Both the position numbers and the translations under genes were made by a program. From Candidatus Caldarchaeum sp. (GTDB lineage: Archaea > Thermoproteota > Nitrososphaeria_A > Caldarchaeales > Caldarchaeaceae): DNA of 64,000 nt. Positions 28,294 through 38,685 of this stretch are shown here, one piece after another (the stretch's first letter is position 1; each line of letters begins with the position of its first letter). The notes below the pieces were generated by a model. The model did not search any database and was not told where the DNA came from. It saw only the letters and a program-made list of their open reading frames with translations. Location: contig JAVZZH010000001.1 in the NCBI GenBank assembly GCA_038885755.1, forward strand, positions 192,001 through 256,000, in the 5' to 3' direction.

Positions 28294-29306
28294 TCGAAAT
28301 CCACCTCCCCCCTGAGCCTCAGGGCGTCGAGAAGACCCTCGGCGTAGCCGACTGATAGCAGAGCGTTCACAAGGTCTCCGGACTCCATGAATTTCTCCGC
28401 ATCCTCCACGTAGCAGTTCACGTAATTAACATATTGCTTGAGATGCTCAACCCCTCTAGATTTCGCGATGAACTGCCTGCATTTATCCAAGTAAGCAGAA
28501 ACCCTGTCGGCCACGGGGTTTGGCGGGACCGTTCTCTCCACGGTCTCCGGGTTCAAGGCGTAAGTCTTGACGACTTCCTTCTCTGAAAAATGCAGGGCAG
28601 AGGGTATTATCAGGCAGTGGGGTGGAGGTGGATAACTCTCCGCGAGAAGCTCCTCCACCCGTCCCGCTTTAACGACTTGGTCTGAATGACCCACCCGGGC
28701 CAAGGCTATCGCCAAGGTCTTCTCGTCGACCACTCGCCTCCCCATCCTCTCGGCGGCTTGCATGAGTTTATCCAAACCATCGTCAACTCTGAGACCTCCC
28801 TCAGAGGTGTCGAGTAGGAGGAGTGTGTGGGCTTGCCTGGACAGGTTCTCCTCCAGTATTTTGACAGGCTGGGTGTAAAGAGCTGGGTCTTCAGTCTTCG
28901 GGAGGGTTGCTGTTTTACCGAATTTGTACACGTGCAGGCCTGATAGGCTGATGGCCGCGGAGATTATCGAGACGCCGTTGACAACCTCCACCTTCACTCC
29001 CTTCCGGGCCGCTATCTCCATCATCGCCGAATGTGTCGTCGCTATGAAGGGGTCGCCGGGAGCTAGGACGCCGACAACCTTCATCCTCGCTTCAGCTACT
29101 ACCTTGTGGGCCTCTTCCTCCAGCATCCTCCTGTAGGATTTGACCAAAGACTTGGCCAAACCCTCCACATACTCCAGCGTCCGCTCATCCCAGAAGCTCG
29201 TGTAGCAGTCGACGTACACAACCTCGCACCTCTTCAAAGCCTCCACAGCTCCCAGCGTGAGGGAGCTTGGAGGGCCCAGACCGCCTCCGATAAAGACCAG
29301 CGTCAT
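28287..29306 (-). CDS. dph5: Diphthine synthase fused to C-terminal DUF357
   Basis: YTS, GDPFIATTH, GLHVYKFG, HTLLLLD, PPHCLIIP; C-terminal YVEDA..GDLVNALLSVGYAEGLLDA. Confidence 0.92.
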   Translation of the reverse strand: MTLVFIGGGLGPPSSLTLGAVEALKRCEVVYVDCYTSFWDERTLEYVEGLAKSLVKSYRRMLEEEAHKVVAEARMKVVGVLAPGDPFIATTHSAMMEIAARKGVKVEVVNGVSIISAAISLSGLHVYKFGKTATLPKTEDPALYTQPVKILEENLSRQAHTLLLLDTSEGGLRVDDGLDKLMQAAERMGRRVVDEKTLAIALARVGHSDQVVKAGRVEELLAESYPPPPHCLIIPSALHFSEKEVVKTYALNPETVERTVPPNPVADRVSAYLDKCRQFIAKSRGVEHLKQYVNYVNCYVEDAEKFMESGDLVNALLSVGYAEGLLDALRLRGEVDFEW

Positions 29307-29348
29307 CTCGCTCGACGTTATATTTCGCTGGCTTATAGGGGATTGGGT

Positions 29349-30395
29349 TTGAAGGCGGTTGTTCTTGCGGCCGGGTTCGGGAAGAGGCTACGGCCCTTGA
29401 CAGTCAACAGGCCTAAGCATGTTCTTCCTCTTGCTGGGAAGCCGCTAATCGCTAGGACGGTCGAGGCTTTGGTCGACTCGGGTGTTGACGAGGTTGGCGT
29501 CCTAGTTGGCTACCGTTCTGAGCTGGTAGCCGAGGCCTTGAGAGAAATAGGCCAAAACCGTGTGAAGTACATCGTGCAGAAGAACATAGCTGGAACGGGT
29601 GCTGCTGTGATGGAGTGTAGGAGTTTCTTGGCCGGGCAGGAGAGTTTCCTAGTCGTTTACGGAGACCTGACCCTCGACGCTGATGCTTTGAAGGAGTTTT
29701 TGAGCTTCTTCCACGGGGCAGGCTGGGACGGAGCCGTCGCTGCCGTCGAGGTCGGGGAAACAGGAGCCTACGGAGTTGTCGAGGCTCGAAACTCTCTACT
29801 CGTCAGGATAAGGGAGAAGGAGGATTTTATGGGGCCTGTGAACGCCGGTGTCTACGTGCTGGGGAGCTACGTCTTCGAAGCTCTCGAGAGGGTTGGTCCA
29901 TCCCCGCGTGGGGAGGTCGAGCTGACGGACGCCCTCAACCTCCTAGCTTCCTCCGGCAGGAGGATAGGAGTCAAGCTGTTCGAGGCGGGGTGGTGGTATG
30001 ACATAGGCAGGCCCTCTGACTATCTTGCCGCCAACCACTTCTATCTCAGAAGAATCTACGGCGAAGGTGTGTTTCTCGAGGGCGGTGTCGAGATAGGGGG
30101 CGGGACCTCCGTCAGAGGCCCTGTATACTTGGGGAGGAATGTCAAGGTCGGGGGCTCGTGCGTGCTGGAGGGGCCTGCGATGGTCTGCGACAATACGACG
30201 ATCATGGCTGGAAGCCATGTGAGGAGAAGCATCATCCTAGAGAATTGCGTGGTCGGGCCTGAAAGCAGAGTCGTTGACAGCATCCTGTGCGAGGGTTCAG
30301 CCTTTCCGAAGGGGTTGGAGGTTGCTTCGGGCAAGTTCCCCGCCTACGTCAGCGAGCCCGGGCTCGTCGCCGAAGACAGGCTCAGGGTTGTATGA
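29349..30395 (+). CDS. Sugar-1-phosphate nucleotidyltransferase with hexapeptide (LbH) tail
   Basis: LAAGFGKRLRPLT..PK, YGD, SPRGEVELTD, WYDIG; TTG start at 29349. Confidence 0.92.
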   Translation: MKAVVLAAGFGKRLRPLTVNRPKHVLPLAGKPLIARTVEALVDSGVDEVGVLVGYRSELVAEALREIGQNRVKYIVQKNIAGTGAAVMECRSFLAGQESFLVVYGDLTLDADALKEFLSFFHGAGWDGAVAAVEVGETGAYGVVEARNSLLVRIREKEDFMGPVNAGVYVLGSYVFEALERVGPSPRGEVELTDALNLLASSGRRIGVKLFEAGWWYDIGRPSDYLAANHFYLRRIYGEGVFLEGGVEIGGGTSVRGPVYLGRNVKVGGSCVLEGPAMVCDNTTIMAGSHVRRSIILENCVVGPESRVVDSILCEGSAFPKGLEVASGKFPAYVSEPGLVAEDRLRVV

Positions 30396-30972
30396 GACCG
30401 CTTCTCAGCATGCTCCGCGCAACTAGCTTTGCCACACGCACAGGCTCGGGATAGCGGCCGCTCAGCGTGAACTTGTTGATGAGACGCACAGCCTCGTCAA
30501 GCTCGACGCCGAAGCACCTCACGTACAGGCTGTACCCCGTCTTCAAAACTACTCTAAAACGCTCCCCGTTCCCCCTGTGTATTTCAAGCCTCCTACTCCA
30601 GTCGTCTGGAAAACGACGGATAAACACGTCGTCCAGCCCCTCTGAGTCTCTGTAGCTTATGCAGACCAGCGGCGTGGCCGTTGTTCGAAAAACTTTCGGA
30701 AGGTCCACGACGTTGAACCAGCTGATGACGCTTCCTCCCAGCATGATGAAGTTGACGTCCTCACGCCCGAGGTTGCGCCAGACAGATATTATCGAGTCGG
30801 TTGAGTCAAGCCCTCCGACGCTGCAAGCGGCTACCCCGACGCCGTCGATGAGAAGGTCTGAACGCATGACCACGCCGGCGATGACCGCCTTAGACCCAGC
30901 TTCCTTCCTGAAGCTTTCAGCGACTCCCAAGCACCTTATTCCTTTCTTACCTACGTTAACCGTCTTCGGCAA
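30382..30972 (-). CDS. DUF99 (UPF0215, endonuclease V-like) protein
   Basis: LGVAESF, VGGLDST, SWFNVVD, YPEPVRVA; start approximate. Confidence 0.85.
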   Translation of the reverse strand: MPKTVNVGKKGIRCLGVAESFRKEAGSKAVIAGVVMRSDLLIDGVGVAACSVGGLDSTDSIISVWRNLGREDVNFIMLGGSVISWFNVVDLPKVFRTTATPLVCISYRDSEGLDDVFIRRFPDDWSRRLEIHRGNGERFRVVLKTGYSLYVRCFGVELDEAVRLINKFTLSGRYPEPVRVAKLVARSMLRSGLIQP

Positions 30973-31915
30973 GAGCCTCCACAACCGCCTTCCAAGCACG
31001 CGCCACGTTGTCCGGGTTGTACCCGCCCCCACCCAAGCCCAAGATCCTGCCGCCGCATTTTTTGCCCGCCAGAGACTTGAGAGACCTTGCCGCGTGTCTG
31101 TGCGCCTCCGGCGAGTACTGAAGAGTTGTCAGAGGGTCGCCTCTCAAGCCGTCAGCCCCCGACTGCAGCAGGAGAAAGTCGAACTCGAATTTCTCCAGAA
31201 ACTTCATAATCTCTTCGAAGGCTTTGATAAATTCGTCGTCTCCCGAGAAGGGCATCAGAGGGATGTTGAGCTTTGTTCCCCGGGCCTTCCCCTCGCCCGT
31301 CTCGTTGCGGAAGCCTGTTCCCGGGTAAAGGGTTCGGCCGTCTTGATGAATGTCGGCGAAGATTACTCTTTCGTCGCTGTAAAAGTCGTAGCAGACTCCG
31401 TCGCCGTGATGGGCATCGATGTCGACGTAGGCTACGCTGTTTATTCCATCCGTCCTGAGAAGGTACTCGATGGCCACGGCTGCGTCGTTGAATATGCAGA
31501 ACCCTCCAGCCCTGTCTCTCCGGGCGTGGTGAAGTCCTCCCATAGGGTTGAAGCCTGCTCGATATCTTCCACTCAAAACTCCCCTGAGAAGCGTTAGCGT
31601 GGTTCCGACAACGTAGGACGCCGCCTCGAAGCATCCGGGGAAGGCGGGCGTGTCGCCGTAGTCGAGATACCCGTGCCCGTGCCTGCATCTCTCCTCCACA
31701 TACTTGACATAGCTGGTTGTGTGGAAAAGCTCTATCTCAGAGACATCCGCCATGGCCGGCTTGACGAACTCGATTCTGCTCAACAAAGGCTGGTCTTTCT
31801 CCAAGAGCTCGTAGAACCTTTCGAGCCTTGTCCTGTTGAGTGGATGTGGGTCTGGGAAGCTGTAGAGAAAGAGCTCCTCCCCCTTGGCCACGGCAACGGA
31901 CGACATTCTCCTCAT
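30956..31915 (-). CDS. Histone-deacetylase-family (AcuC-like) Zn deacetylase
   Basis: GGLHHA, GFCIFND, DIDAHHGDG, GADGLRGDPL, GGGGY. Confidence 0.93.
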   Translation of the reverse strand: MRRMSSVAVAKGEELFLYSFPDPHPLNRTRLERFYELLEKDQPLLSRIEFVKPAMADVSEIELFHTTSYVKYVEERCRHGHGYLDYGDTPAFPGCFEAASYVVGTTLTLLRGVLSGRYRAGFNPMGGLHHARRDRAGGFCIFNDAAVAIEYLLRTDGINSVAYVDIDAHHGDGVCYDFYSDERVIFADIHQDGRTLYPGTGFRNETGEGKARGTKLNIPLMPFSGDDEFIKAFEEIMKFLEKFEFDFLLLQSGADGLRGDPLTTLQYSPEAHRHAARSLKSLAGKKCGGRILGLGGGGYNPDNVARAWKAVVEALAEDG

Positions 31916-31969
31916 AGAAAGCAGTCTGTGCGACGGATTTATACTTCCCCCGCATGGTTTTTCAAGGGC

Positions 31970-33067
31970 TTGAGCCGAGTGGTGCTCTTCCTCGACCTCG
32001 ACTACTTCTTCGCTCAGGTTGAGGAGGTTGAAAAACCTGAGTACAGAGACAGGCCTCTGGTTGTCTGCGTTTACTCGGGGAGGACTGAATCGAGCGGCGT
32101 CGTCAGCTCAGCCAACTACTTGGCCCGGAGGTACGGGGTCAAGGCCGGCATGCCCATCAGGCTAGCGATGTCCAAGCTTCCCGGCGACTCGGTCTACCTC
32201 CCCGTTAGGATGGAACACTATCTCAAAGTCTCCAGAGATGTCATGGACATAGCGAGGAAGTATTCGGCGAAGATGCGTGTCGAGAGCGTGGACGAGGCAG
32301 TCCTCGACTTGACAGAGGTGGTTGACGGTAGTTTCGACAAGGCTAGAGAACACGCCGCCGAGCTGAAGAACGAGATATTTGAGAGGAAGTCGCTGAAATG
32401 CAGCGTCGGCGTAGCTCCCAACAGGGTTCTGGCTAAGATGGCGGCGGAGTCATCGAAGCCCGACGGGCTGAAGGTCGTCTACCCTGATGAGGTCGGCGTT
32501 TTCCTCGCAAGCCAGCCTGCAAACGCTCTTCCCGGTGTCGGGCGTAAGACGATGAGCCTGCTTGAGGAGCTGGGTGTCAGGACTGTAGCCGACTTGGGAA
32601 GGCTGGACATAGATGTTCTGGAGAAGGTCTTCGGCCCTAAGAGAGCTAGATACGTCTACTTGGCTTCGAGAGGATTGTTCGACGAGCCTGTGCAGGAGAG
32701 GGGAGCGGCTAAGCAGGTGAGCAAAATTCTTACGTTGAAACGGAATACGCGGAGCTTGGACGAGGTCGATCACGTCTTAGCCAAGGCCTTGACGCAGGTG
32801 TTGAACAGGCTCAGCAGCCTCGGCATGGCTTCAACCCGTCTAGGAGTCATAGTCATCACTTCTGAGATCAGGACTCTCACCAAACAGGTTGAAATAAGGC
32901 CGGGGGCGTCGTACGACGAGCTGATGAGGCTGTTGAGGGGCATGCTTCAGGAAGTGCTGAGCGAAAACCCTTCTCTGATGCTTAGGAGACTGGGGGTTAG
33001 GATGTCCGGTCTGCTGGGCTTGACAGGCCAGAGCAGGCTCACGGCTTGGAGTGAAAATGAATCATGA
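31970..33067 (+). CDS. dinB: Y-family DNA polymerase IV (Dpo4/DinB)
   Basis: DLDYFFAQVE, SANYLAR.YGV, SVDEA, KPDG, LPGVG; TTG start at 31970. Confidence 0.95.
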   Translation: MSRVVLFLDLDYFFAQVEEVEKPEYRDRPLVVCVYSGRTESSGVVSSANYLARRYGVKAGMPIRLAMSKLPGDSVYLPVRMEHYLKVSRDVMDIARKYSAKMRVESVDEAVLDLTEVVDGSFDKAREHAAELKNEIFERKSLKCSVGVAPNRVLAKMAAESSKPDGLKVVYPDEVGVFLASQPANALPGVGRKTMSLLEELGVRTVADLGRLDIDVLEKVFGPKRARYVYLASRGLFDEPVQERGAAKQVSKILTLKRNTRSLDEVDHVLAKALTQVLNRLSSLGMASTRLGVIVITSEIRTLTKQVEIRPGASYDELMRLLRGMLQEVLSENPSLMLRRLGVRMSGLLGLTGQSRLTAWSENES

Positions 33068-33477
33068 ACTTGCGGAGCTTCTTAGCAGGCATCGAGATGG
33101 TTAGGTTCGCCAAGTTTGCCGTCGTAGGCCTTGTGGGGCTTGCGCTAAACACAGTCCTGCTCTACTTGCTGACTACCTTTGTTTTTGGGGAGAGGCTTTA
33201 CCTGATTGCAGCCGTCCTCAGCCTCGAGGCCTCGATCCTCAACAACTTCCTGCTCAACGAGTACTGGACGTTCAAGGACCGTGTGGCTGGTGGAGGGTTT
33301 TTCAAACGTATGCTGAAGTTTCACGGGTCGAGGATTCTGGGAGCTGCCACGAGCATCGTGGTGTTGTTTCTTCTAACGGAGTATGCGGGTCTCTACTACC
33401 TTGTCTCTAACCTCGTCGCCGTGGTTTTAGGAACGGCTGTCAACTACTTGACGAGTAATTTCTGGGTGTGGGCATAA
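33064..33477 (+). CDS. GtrA-family membrane protein
   Basis: KFAVVG, NFLLNEYWTF, NYLTSNFWVW; 4 TM. Confidence 0.9.
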   Translation: MNLRSFLAGIEMVRFAKFAVVGLVGLALNTVLLYLLTTFVFGERLYLIAAVLSLEASILNNFLLNEYWTFKDRVAGGGFFKRMLKFHGSRILGAATSIVVLFLLTEYAGLYYLVSNLVAVVLGTAVNYLTSNFWVWA

Positions 33478-33525
33478 GCAGCTTATTACTATCCTTATAT
33501 GCGGACAATCGCAACATGCAACGCC

Positions 33526-34134
33526 ATGCACAGCACAAACACCACGAAGAAAGTAGCCCTCGCATCCGCTTTCAGCGCTCTCGGAATAGTGATATCACCC
33601 CTGATGTTCGAGTGGCTGGGCTCACGAGCCTTCCCCGGACAACACTTCATAAACGTCCTCACGGGAGTGATCCTCGGCCCCGTCTGGGGAGCGGTAGTGG
33701 CCTTCATCGTCGGAACGGTCAGGATAGCTCTGGGAACGGGAACGATCTTCGCCTATCCGGGAGGGATACCGGGAGCCGTTCTCGTCGGGCTGGCGTTCAC
33801 TCTTCTTTCACGGCTCACATCCTCGAGGATACGATACGCCGCAGCATTAGCCGAGCCGGTTGGAACCGTTCTGATAGGCGGCACGCTCGCCATAACAGTC
33901 GTCGCACCCTACGTAGGCCCAGCTGTAGGCCCCGCCGCCATAATGCTCCGGAACGTCGAGACGTTAGGATTCTTCCCAGCCCTGCTAATTCTTTGGGGAG
34001 GCTGGGCCATAAGCTCCTTCACAGGTGCGCTGGCGGGGCTCGTCTTTCTCGCCGCCGCGGAGAGATACGGAGTCCTAAAACGCATATTACCGGCGGGTGT
34101 CAAGAAGAGCTCAGCTGATAAAGAATGGAGGTAG
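33526..34134 (+). CDS. thiW: ECF transporter S-component ThiW (thiazole precursor uptake)
   Basis: FPGQHFINV, GTGTIFAYPGGIPGA, AEPVGT; near thiDN. Confidence 0.9.
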   Translation: MHSTNTTKKVALASAFSALGIVISPLMFEWLGSRAFPGQHFINVLTGVILGPVWGAVVAFIVGTVRIALGTGTIFAYPGGIPGAVLVGLAFTLLSRLTSSRIRYAAALAEPVGTVLIGGTLAITVVAPYVGPAVGPAAIMLRNVETLGFFPALLILWGGWAISSFTGALAGLVFLAAAERYGVLKRILPAGVKKSSADKEWR

Positions 34135-34685
34135 ACAAATTTCTCCGCAGGAGGACGGTAATCTACGGAGAGGCTGGGTCGGGGAAGACAAGGCTTCTAG
34201 CACATCTTCTCTCAAGGCTGAAGGCTGTCCTAAACCCGTTAGACATAACGGTCGTCGACATCGCGCCCGAGAAAGTCGGCGAGGTGGGCGGGCCCCTCAC
34301 CATGTACGCCGACATGAGCGGAATAAGATACCTGAGGCCAGCACGAGTCTACGCACCTAGGTTGATGGCCTGCAACGCGGAAGACCTCAGAAGATACGTG
34401 GCCTCGAACGTCACGGAAGCACGTAAATGTCTGCAGGCATATGCTTCAAACCCGACCCCCGTCTTCGCCGTCAACGATGTAACGATATTTCTTCACGGAG
34501 CTGAAGTGAACGAGCTCCTCGGCTACACAGCCAAGGCCTCGACTTTCATGGCTACAGCCTACTACGGTGAGAAGCTGTCGGAAGACTACGGCACTGGTCT
34601 CTCGTCCAGCGAAAGAAGCAGGGTCGAAGAACTTCTGAAGCATGTTGACGTGAGGCTCAGGCTTAATTCCGACCATGAATCCTGA
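34125..34685 (+). CDS. Small P-loop NTPase of unknown function
   Basis: Walker A GEAGSGKT; VVDIAP, APRL, VND. Confidence 0.7.
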   Translation: MEVDKFLRRRTVIYGEAGSGKTRLLAHLLSRLKAVLNPLDITVVDIAPEKVGEVGGPLTMYADMSGIRYLRPARVYAPRLMACNAEDLRRYVASNVTEARKCLQAYASNPTPVFAVNDVTIFLHGAEVNELLGYTAKASTFMATAYYGEKLSEDYGTGLSSSERSRVEELLKHVDVRLRLNSDHES

Positions 34686-34690
34686 AAACC

Positions 34691-35941
34691 GTGGTCGTCT
34701 GCGTCTTCGAAGACAGCCATGTCGAGAACCTCGCCCCCCTGACGTCGACAAGGCCGGCCTACGACCTCCTGTGCGGCACCTCTACGTTGCTGCAAAAGAT
34801 CCTCCAATTCAGCAATGAACAACCCTCCGTCCATCTTTTCACAAGGCCCTACTTGAGCGAAGTCGTGAAGGAACGTTTTCAGAAACTTCCCGTCAACGAG
34901 GCTCCGCTCGATGAAGAACTTCTGCTGGTCAACGGATGCATGGTTCTCGACGAAGTGTCGCGAGCGGCTTTGAGGTCTGTCAAGAAAGGCGAGGCCTTGA
35001 CCGTGGAAGGGCGTGTCGCCGCGGCAAGGGTGGACGGTAGAAGCCTGCCGGCTGAGTTCTTCGACTCCCTGATGGGAGGAGATGTTGCGTCGACGCTTAA
35101 GCAAGCGGTCAAGGTTTGGAGGGAAGCCGCAGAGGTCAAGCTTGTCGGGCGTCCGTGGGACCTGATTGAGCTCAGCACAAGCCTCGTTGGACTAGAGGTT
35201 TCAGGAAAGCCCGCCAACCATCCCAACTCTCTGGGTAGAGTTTACGTGGGCGAGGACGTGGACTTGTCTCCGCAAGCCTTCATCGACGGCAGAAAAGGCC
35301 CGGTGGTTTTGGACAGCGGCTCGACCGTCGAGCCTTTCTGCAAGCTCGTGGGCCCTGTTTACGTGGGAAGGGGTTCGGTCGTGTTTTCGGGCTCGGTTGT
35401 CGTGGATAGCTGCATAGGCCCTGTCTGCAGAGTCGGCGGAGAGGTCGACTCGTCCATAATCTTGGGCTACTCAAACAAAAGGCATTACGGTTTCCTAGGC
35501 CACAGCGTCGTCGGCGAGTGGGTAAACTTCGGAGCTGGAACAACGGTGTCGAACCTGAAGAACACCTACGGGACGTTCAGGCCCCATGTAGGAGGGAGAA
35601 GAGTCGACAGCGGCCGTATCTTCATGGGGTCTTTCTTCGGCGACCACGTCAAGACAAGCATAGGCTGCATGGTTTCCGGAGGGTTGAGCATAGGCGTCTG
35701 CAGCCACCTGTTCAGAGAAGTCCACACAGACGTTCCGGCTTTCACCATCTACACCCCGTCCTCGAAGACAGAGCTTTACCTCGAATCAGCCATCACGACC
35801 GCCAAGAGGATGATGGCCCGCAGGAACAAAGAACCGACCGAGTCCTACGTCAGGATGCTCGAAACCCTGTTCAGGATGACTCACGACGACAGAAGGAGGC
35901 TGGGGGTTAAGCAGGGGAAGGCCAGCTTTTATAACAGCTAG
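34691..35941 (+). CDS. GlmU-like putative sugar nucleotidyl/acetyl-transferase
   Basis: NLAPLTSTRP, PWDLI, hexapeptide repeats, NKRHYGFLGHS, GEWVNFGAGT, SNLKNTY. Confidence 0.85.
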   Translation: MVVCVFEDSHVENLAPLTSTRPAYDLLCGTSTLLQKILQFSNEQPSVHLFTRPYLSEVVKERFQKLPVNEAPLDEELLLVNGCMVLDEVSRAALRSVKKGEALTVEGRVAAARVDGRSLPAEFFDSLMGGDVASTLKQAVKVWREAAEVKLVGRPWDLIELSTSLVGLEVSGKPANHPNSLGRVYVGEDVDLSPQAFIDGRKGPVVLDSGSTVEPFCKLVGPVYVGRGSVVFSGSVVVDSCIGPVCRVGGEVDSSIILGYSNKRHYGFLGHSVVGEWVNFGAGTTVSNLKNTYGTFRPHVGGRRVDSGRIFMGSFFGDHVKTSIGCMVSGGLSIGVCSHLFREVHTDVPAFTIYTPSSKTELYLESAITTAKRMMARRNKEPTESYVRMLETLFRMTHDDRRRLGVKQGKASFYNS

Positions 35942-35955
35942 CCTAACGTAAACCC

Positions 35956-37311
35956 ATGGTCAAGAGAGTCCTGACGGTTGCAGGATCTGACTCGGGGGGA
36001 GGGGCTGGAATACAGGCGGACCTCAAGACCTTCGCAGCCCACGGAGTCCATGGAATGTCGGCGATTACATGTATAACCGCTCAAAACACCGAGACGGTTT
36101 CAGCCATACAGCCCATCCCCGCCGAGATTGTGAGGGAGCAGATAAGAATAGTGGTTGAAGACATAGGCGTCGACGCCGTCAAGACAGGCATGCTTTTCAG
36201 CAGCGAGATAATCGAGGCTGTAGCGGACGAGCTTGAAAAACTGGATTCACCCGTGGTGGTTGACCCCGTGGCCGTCGCCAAGACCGGGGCACGGCTTCTG
36301 CAGCAGCAGGCCGTCGAGACATTAGTCAAACGTCTTCTACCTGTAGCGGACGTCGTCACACCCAACTTGAACGAGGTGAGTGTTTTGACGGGATATACGG
36401 TGTCTTCCGTGGACGAGATGGTCTCCGCTGCGGAGAAGATAGCGGAAATGGGGCCCGAGGCCGTGGTTGTTAAAGGAGGCCATCTTCAAGGCCCTAAAAC
36501 CGTCGACGTTCTCTACTACTCCGGCAAGACCTACCTGTATGAAGCCGATAGAATACCCACGAAGAACACTCATGGAACAGGCTGTTGCTTCGCCTCAGCC
36601 ATAGCCTCCAACCTCGCTAAAGGCTACAAGATTCCTCAGGCCGTCAGGCTCGCTCAGCAGTTCGTCGTCGAAGCCGTCAGGAGAGGCTTGGACATAGGCA
36701 GGGGACACGGCCCCATACATCCGACAGGCCGGCTGTACAGAATGGCTTGCAGGATGGAGGCGTTGGAAAACCTCAGGCAGGCGTTGAGGATGATCGAGGA
36801 TGTTGAGGAGTTCGCCGAGCTCATTCCCGAGCTGGGGTCGAACTTTGTAGCAGCTTCAGAAGACGCCTCAGATGTTGACGATGTCGCCGCCGTTCCGGGA
36901 AGAATAGTCAGGATAGGCGAAGGATTCAAGCCTGTTTCGGAGCCATGGCTCGGAGCCTCTAGCCACGTTGCCAAAGCAGTACTCACAGCTCTACGGCACG
37001 ACCATTCAGTAAAAAGCGCGATAAACATACGTCTCGACGAGGAGGTGTTGAAGAAGATAGAGGCTGCGGGACTTTCCGTGTCAAGCTACGACAGAGCCAA
37101 GCAGCCCGAGCAGGTCAAGACAACAGAGGGGATGACTATCCCGTGGGGTGTTGAGGAGGCCATCAAATCCGCCGGCGGCGTGCCTGACGTAGTCTACCAC
37201 CTAGGGGAGGTTGGAAAGGAGCCCATGGCAATCGTCTTCGGCCAAGACCCCTTCGAAGTAGTCAGGAAAGTCGTCAAAATCCTCAGCGGCCCCTCGAGGG
37301 GAGAGAGTTGA
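35956..37311 (+). CDS. thiDN: Bifunctional HMP/HMP-P kinase and thiamine-phosphate synthase (ThiD-ThiN)
   Basis: [30 protein letters not shown]; ThiN part IPELGSN, PGRI, GASSHVA, GKEPM. Confidence 0.95.
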   Translation: MVKRVLTVAGSDSGGGAGIQADLKTFAAHGVHGMSAITCITAQNTETVSAIQPIPAEIVREQIRIVVEDIGVDAVKTGMLFSSEIIEAVADELEKLDSPVVVDPVAVAKTGARLLQQQAVETLVKRLLPVADVVTPNLNEVSVLTGYTVSSVDEMVSAAEKIAEMGPEAVVVKGGHLQGPKTVDVLYYSGKTYLYEADRIPTKNTHGTGCCFASAIASNLAKGYKIPQAVRLAQQFVVEAVRRGLDIGRGHGPIHPTGRLYRMACRMEALENLRQALRMIEDVEEFAELIPELGSNFVAASEDASDVDDVAAVPGRIVRIGEGFKPVSEPWLGASSHVAKAVLTALRHDHSVKSAINIRLDEEVLKKIEAAGLSVSSYDRAKQPEQVKTTEGMTIPWGVEEAIKSAGGVPDVVYHLGEVGKEPMAIVFGQDPFEVVRKVVKILSGPSRGES

Positions 37312-38195
37312 AGCCCTCGTTCGGAGTATGCCTCCTCAACTTCGGCAACTACGTCTCCGCCCAATCCATCCTCAAGACAGCTCAGGAATCTGAGGAGATC
37401 GGTTTCGACTCGGTCTGGGCGACAGACCACCTCCTCATGCCGCCGAACATGAGACACCCCTACGGCAGGATAATTGAAGCCCTCACGGCGATGTCTTTCG
37501 CCGCCTCGGCGACGGAGTACGTGAAGGTAGGCTCGTCGGTCTTGGTTCTTCCCATGAGGGAGCCTGTCCATGTGGCGAAGAGCTTGGCCTCGATAGACGT
37601 CGTCAGCGGCGGTCGCGTGGTTGCGGGCTTCGGAGCCGGGTGGTGCAGGGAGGAATACCGAAGCCTCGGGATGGATTTCCACAACAGGGGAAAGAGGTTC
37701 GACGAAGCGTTGAGCTTGGTTAAAACGCTTTGGAAGGGCGGTGAAGTCAGGTTCAGTGGAAGATACTATAACGTGGAGGCAGGCGTCTTCGAGCCGGCTC
37801 CAGCTCAGAGAGACGGGATACCTGTATGGATAGGAGGCAACAGCGACAAAGCTTTCAGAAGGGCGCTGAGCCACGGCGACGGCTGGCACTTCACCGGCAT
37901 GCCCGTCGAAAAAGTGAAGACTCTTCTTGGAAACGCGAGCCTGCGTCAGAATTTCATCGTCTCGGGAAGGCTTACAGTCGATTTTTCAGGCAAGTCTCCG
38001 AGGCTCACGAGGTCTCGTCTGGGAGAAGAGAGAGTAATAGTCTCGGGAGACGTCGACTACGTAATCGAAACACTGTCGAAATACATCGACGTAGGCGTGT
38101 CGTACTTCGTGCTCTACTTTGGCGACAAACCAGTGGATCAGTACGTCAAAGACATGGAAAAGTTCGCTAGGGAAGTGGCGCCGAGCTACGTATAA
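37308..38195 (+). CDS. LLM-class (probably F420-dependent) oxidoreductase
   Basis: GFDSVWATDH, LASIDVVSGGR, GAGW..EY, PVWIGG, GDGW. Confidence 0.88.
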   Translation: MKPSFGVCLLNFGNYVSAQSILKTAQESEEIGFDSVWATDHLLMPPNMRHPYGRIIEALTAMSFAASATEYVKVGSSVLVLPMREPVHVAKSLASIDVVSGGRVVAGFGAGWCREEYRSLGMDFHNRGKRFDEALSLVKTLWKGGEVRFSGRYYNVEAGVFEPAPAQRDGIPVWIGGNSDKAFRRALSHGDGWHFTGMPVEKVKTLLGNASLRQNFIVSGRLTVDFSGKSPRLTRSRLGEERVIVSGDVDYVIETLSKYIDVGVSYFVLYFGDKPVDQYVKDMEKFAREVAPSYV

Positions 38196-38220
38196 ATTAA
38201 CCGAAAGGAGTCAATAATCG

Positions 38221-38685
38221 ATGGACGTCTCTAGAGTGTTTCAACTCTCCGCCTCGACGACTGCGCTGGCTGTAGCCACCATGGGTTTAGGCAGCTACGT
38301 AAGTAAGGTAGGAGCAGGTCTCGCATGCCCGGACTGGCCTCTCTGCCCCCTAGAAACTGACGCTTTAATCCTTCTGGAATTCAGCCACAGAATAATCGCT
38401 TTCACGACGTTCTTGACGGGCCTAGCTGCCTTCATAGCCTCCATGAAGACACCCAGCTACAGAGGTCGTAAACTAGTCTTCATCGGCTTCACCATCCTAG
38501 CTTTGCAGGTCTTCATCGTCGGCGCCCTAGTCATATTCACCATGCTTCCACCGCTGGTTGTAGCCCTCCACCAAGCCGTCGCAGCCACCGCCGTAGCCTT
38601 TTATGCAGCCGCTGCAACCGCCTCTTACTACGCCGTTGGTGGGAAACATAAAAATAGAGCTGATAACGTGATCAGCCATGTCTGA
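38221..38685 (+). CDS. ctaA: Heme A synthase, short single-module (4-TM) form
   Basis: GLACPDWPLC, LEFSHR, LQ...G, VALH; first gene of the oxidase cluster. Confidence 0.85.
   Translation: MDVSRVFQLSASTTALAVATMGLGSYVSKVGAGLACPDWPLCPLETDALILLEFSHRIIAFTTFLTGLAAFIASMKTPSYRGRKLVFIGFTILALQVFIVGALVIFTMLPPLVVALHQAVAATAVAFYAAAATASYYAVGGKHKNRADNVISHV

Noticed and set aside
30659-31688. Long alternative ORFs (312 aa and 178 aa), and similar shadow ORFs across the window
   Set aside because: They are antisense or out-of-frame shadows of well-supported genes (HDAC, DUF99 and others) with no motifs of their own.
33478-33525. TPP riboswitch upstream of thiW
   Set aside because: The gap is too short and lacks the CUGAGA/AUACC core.
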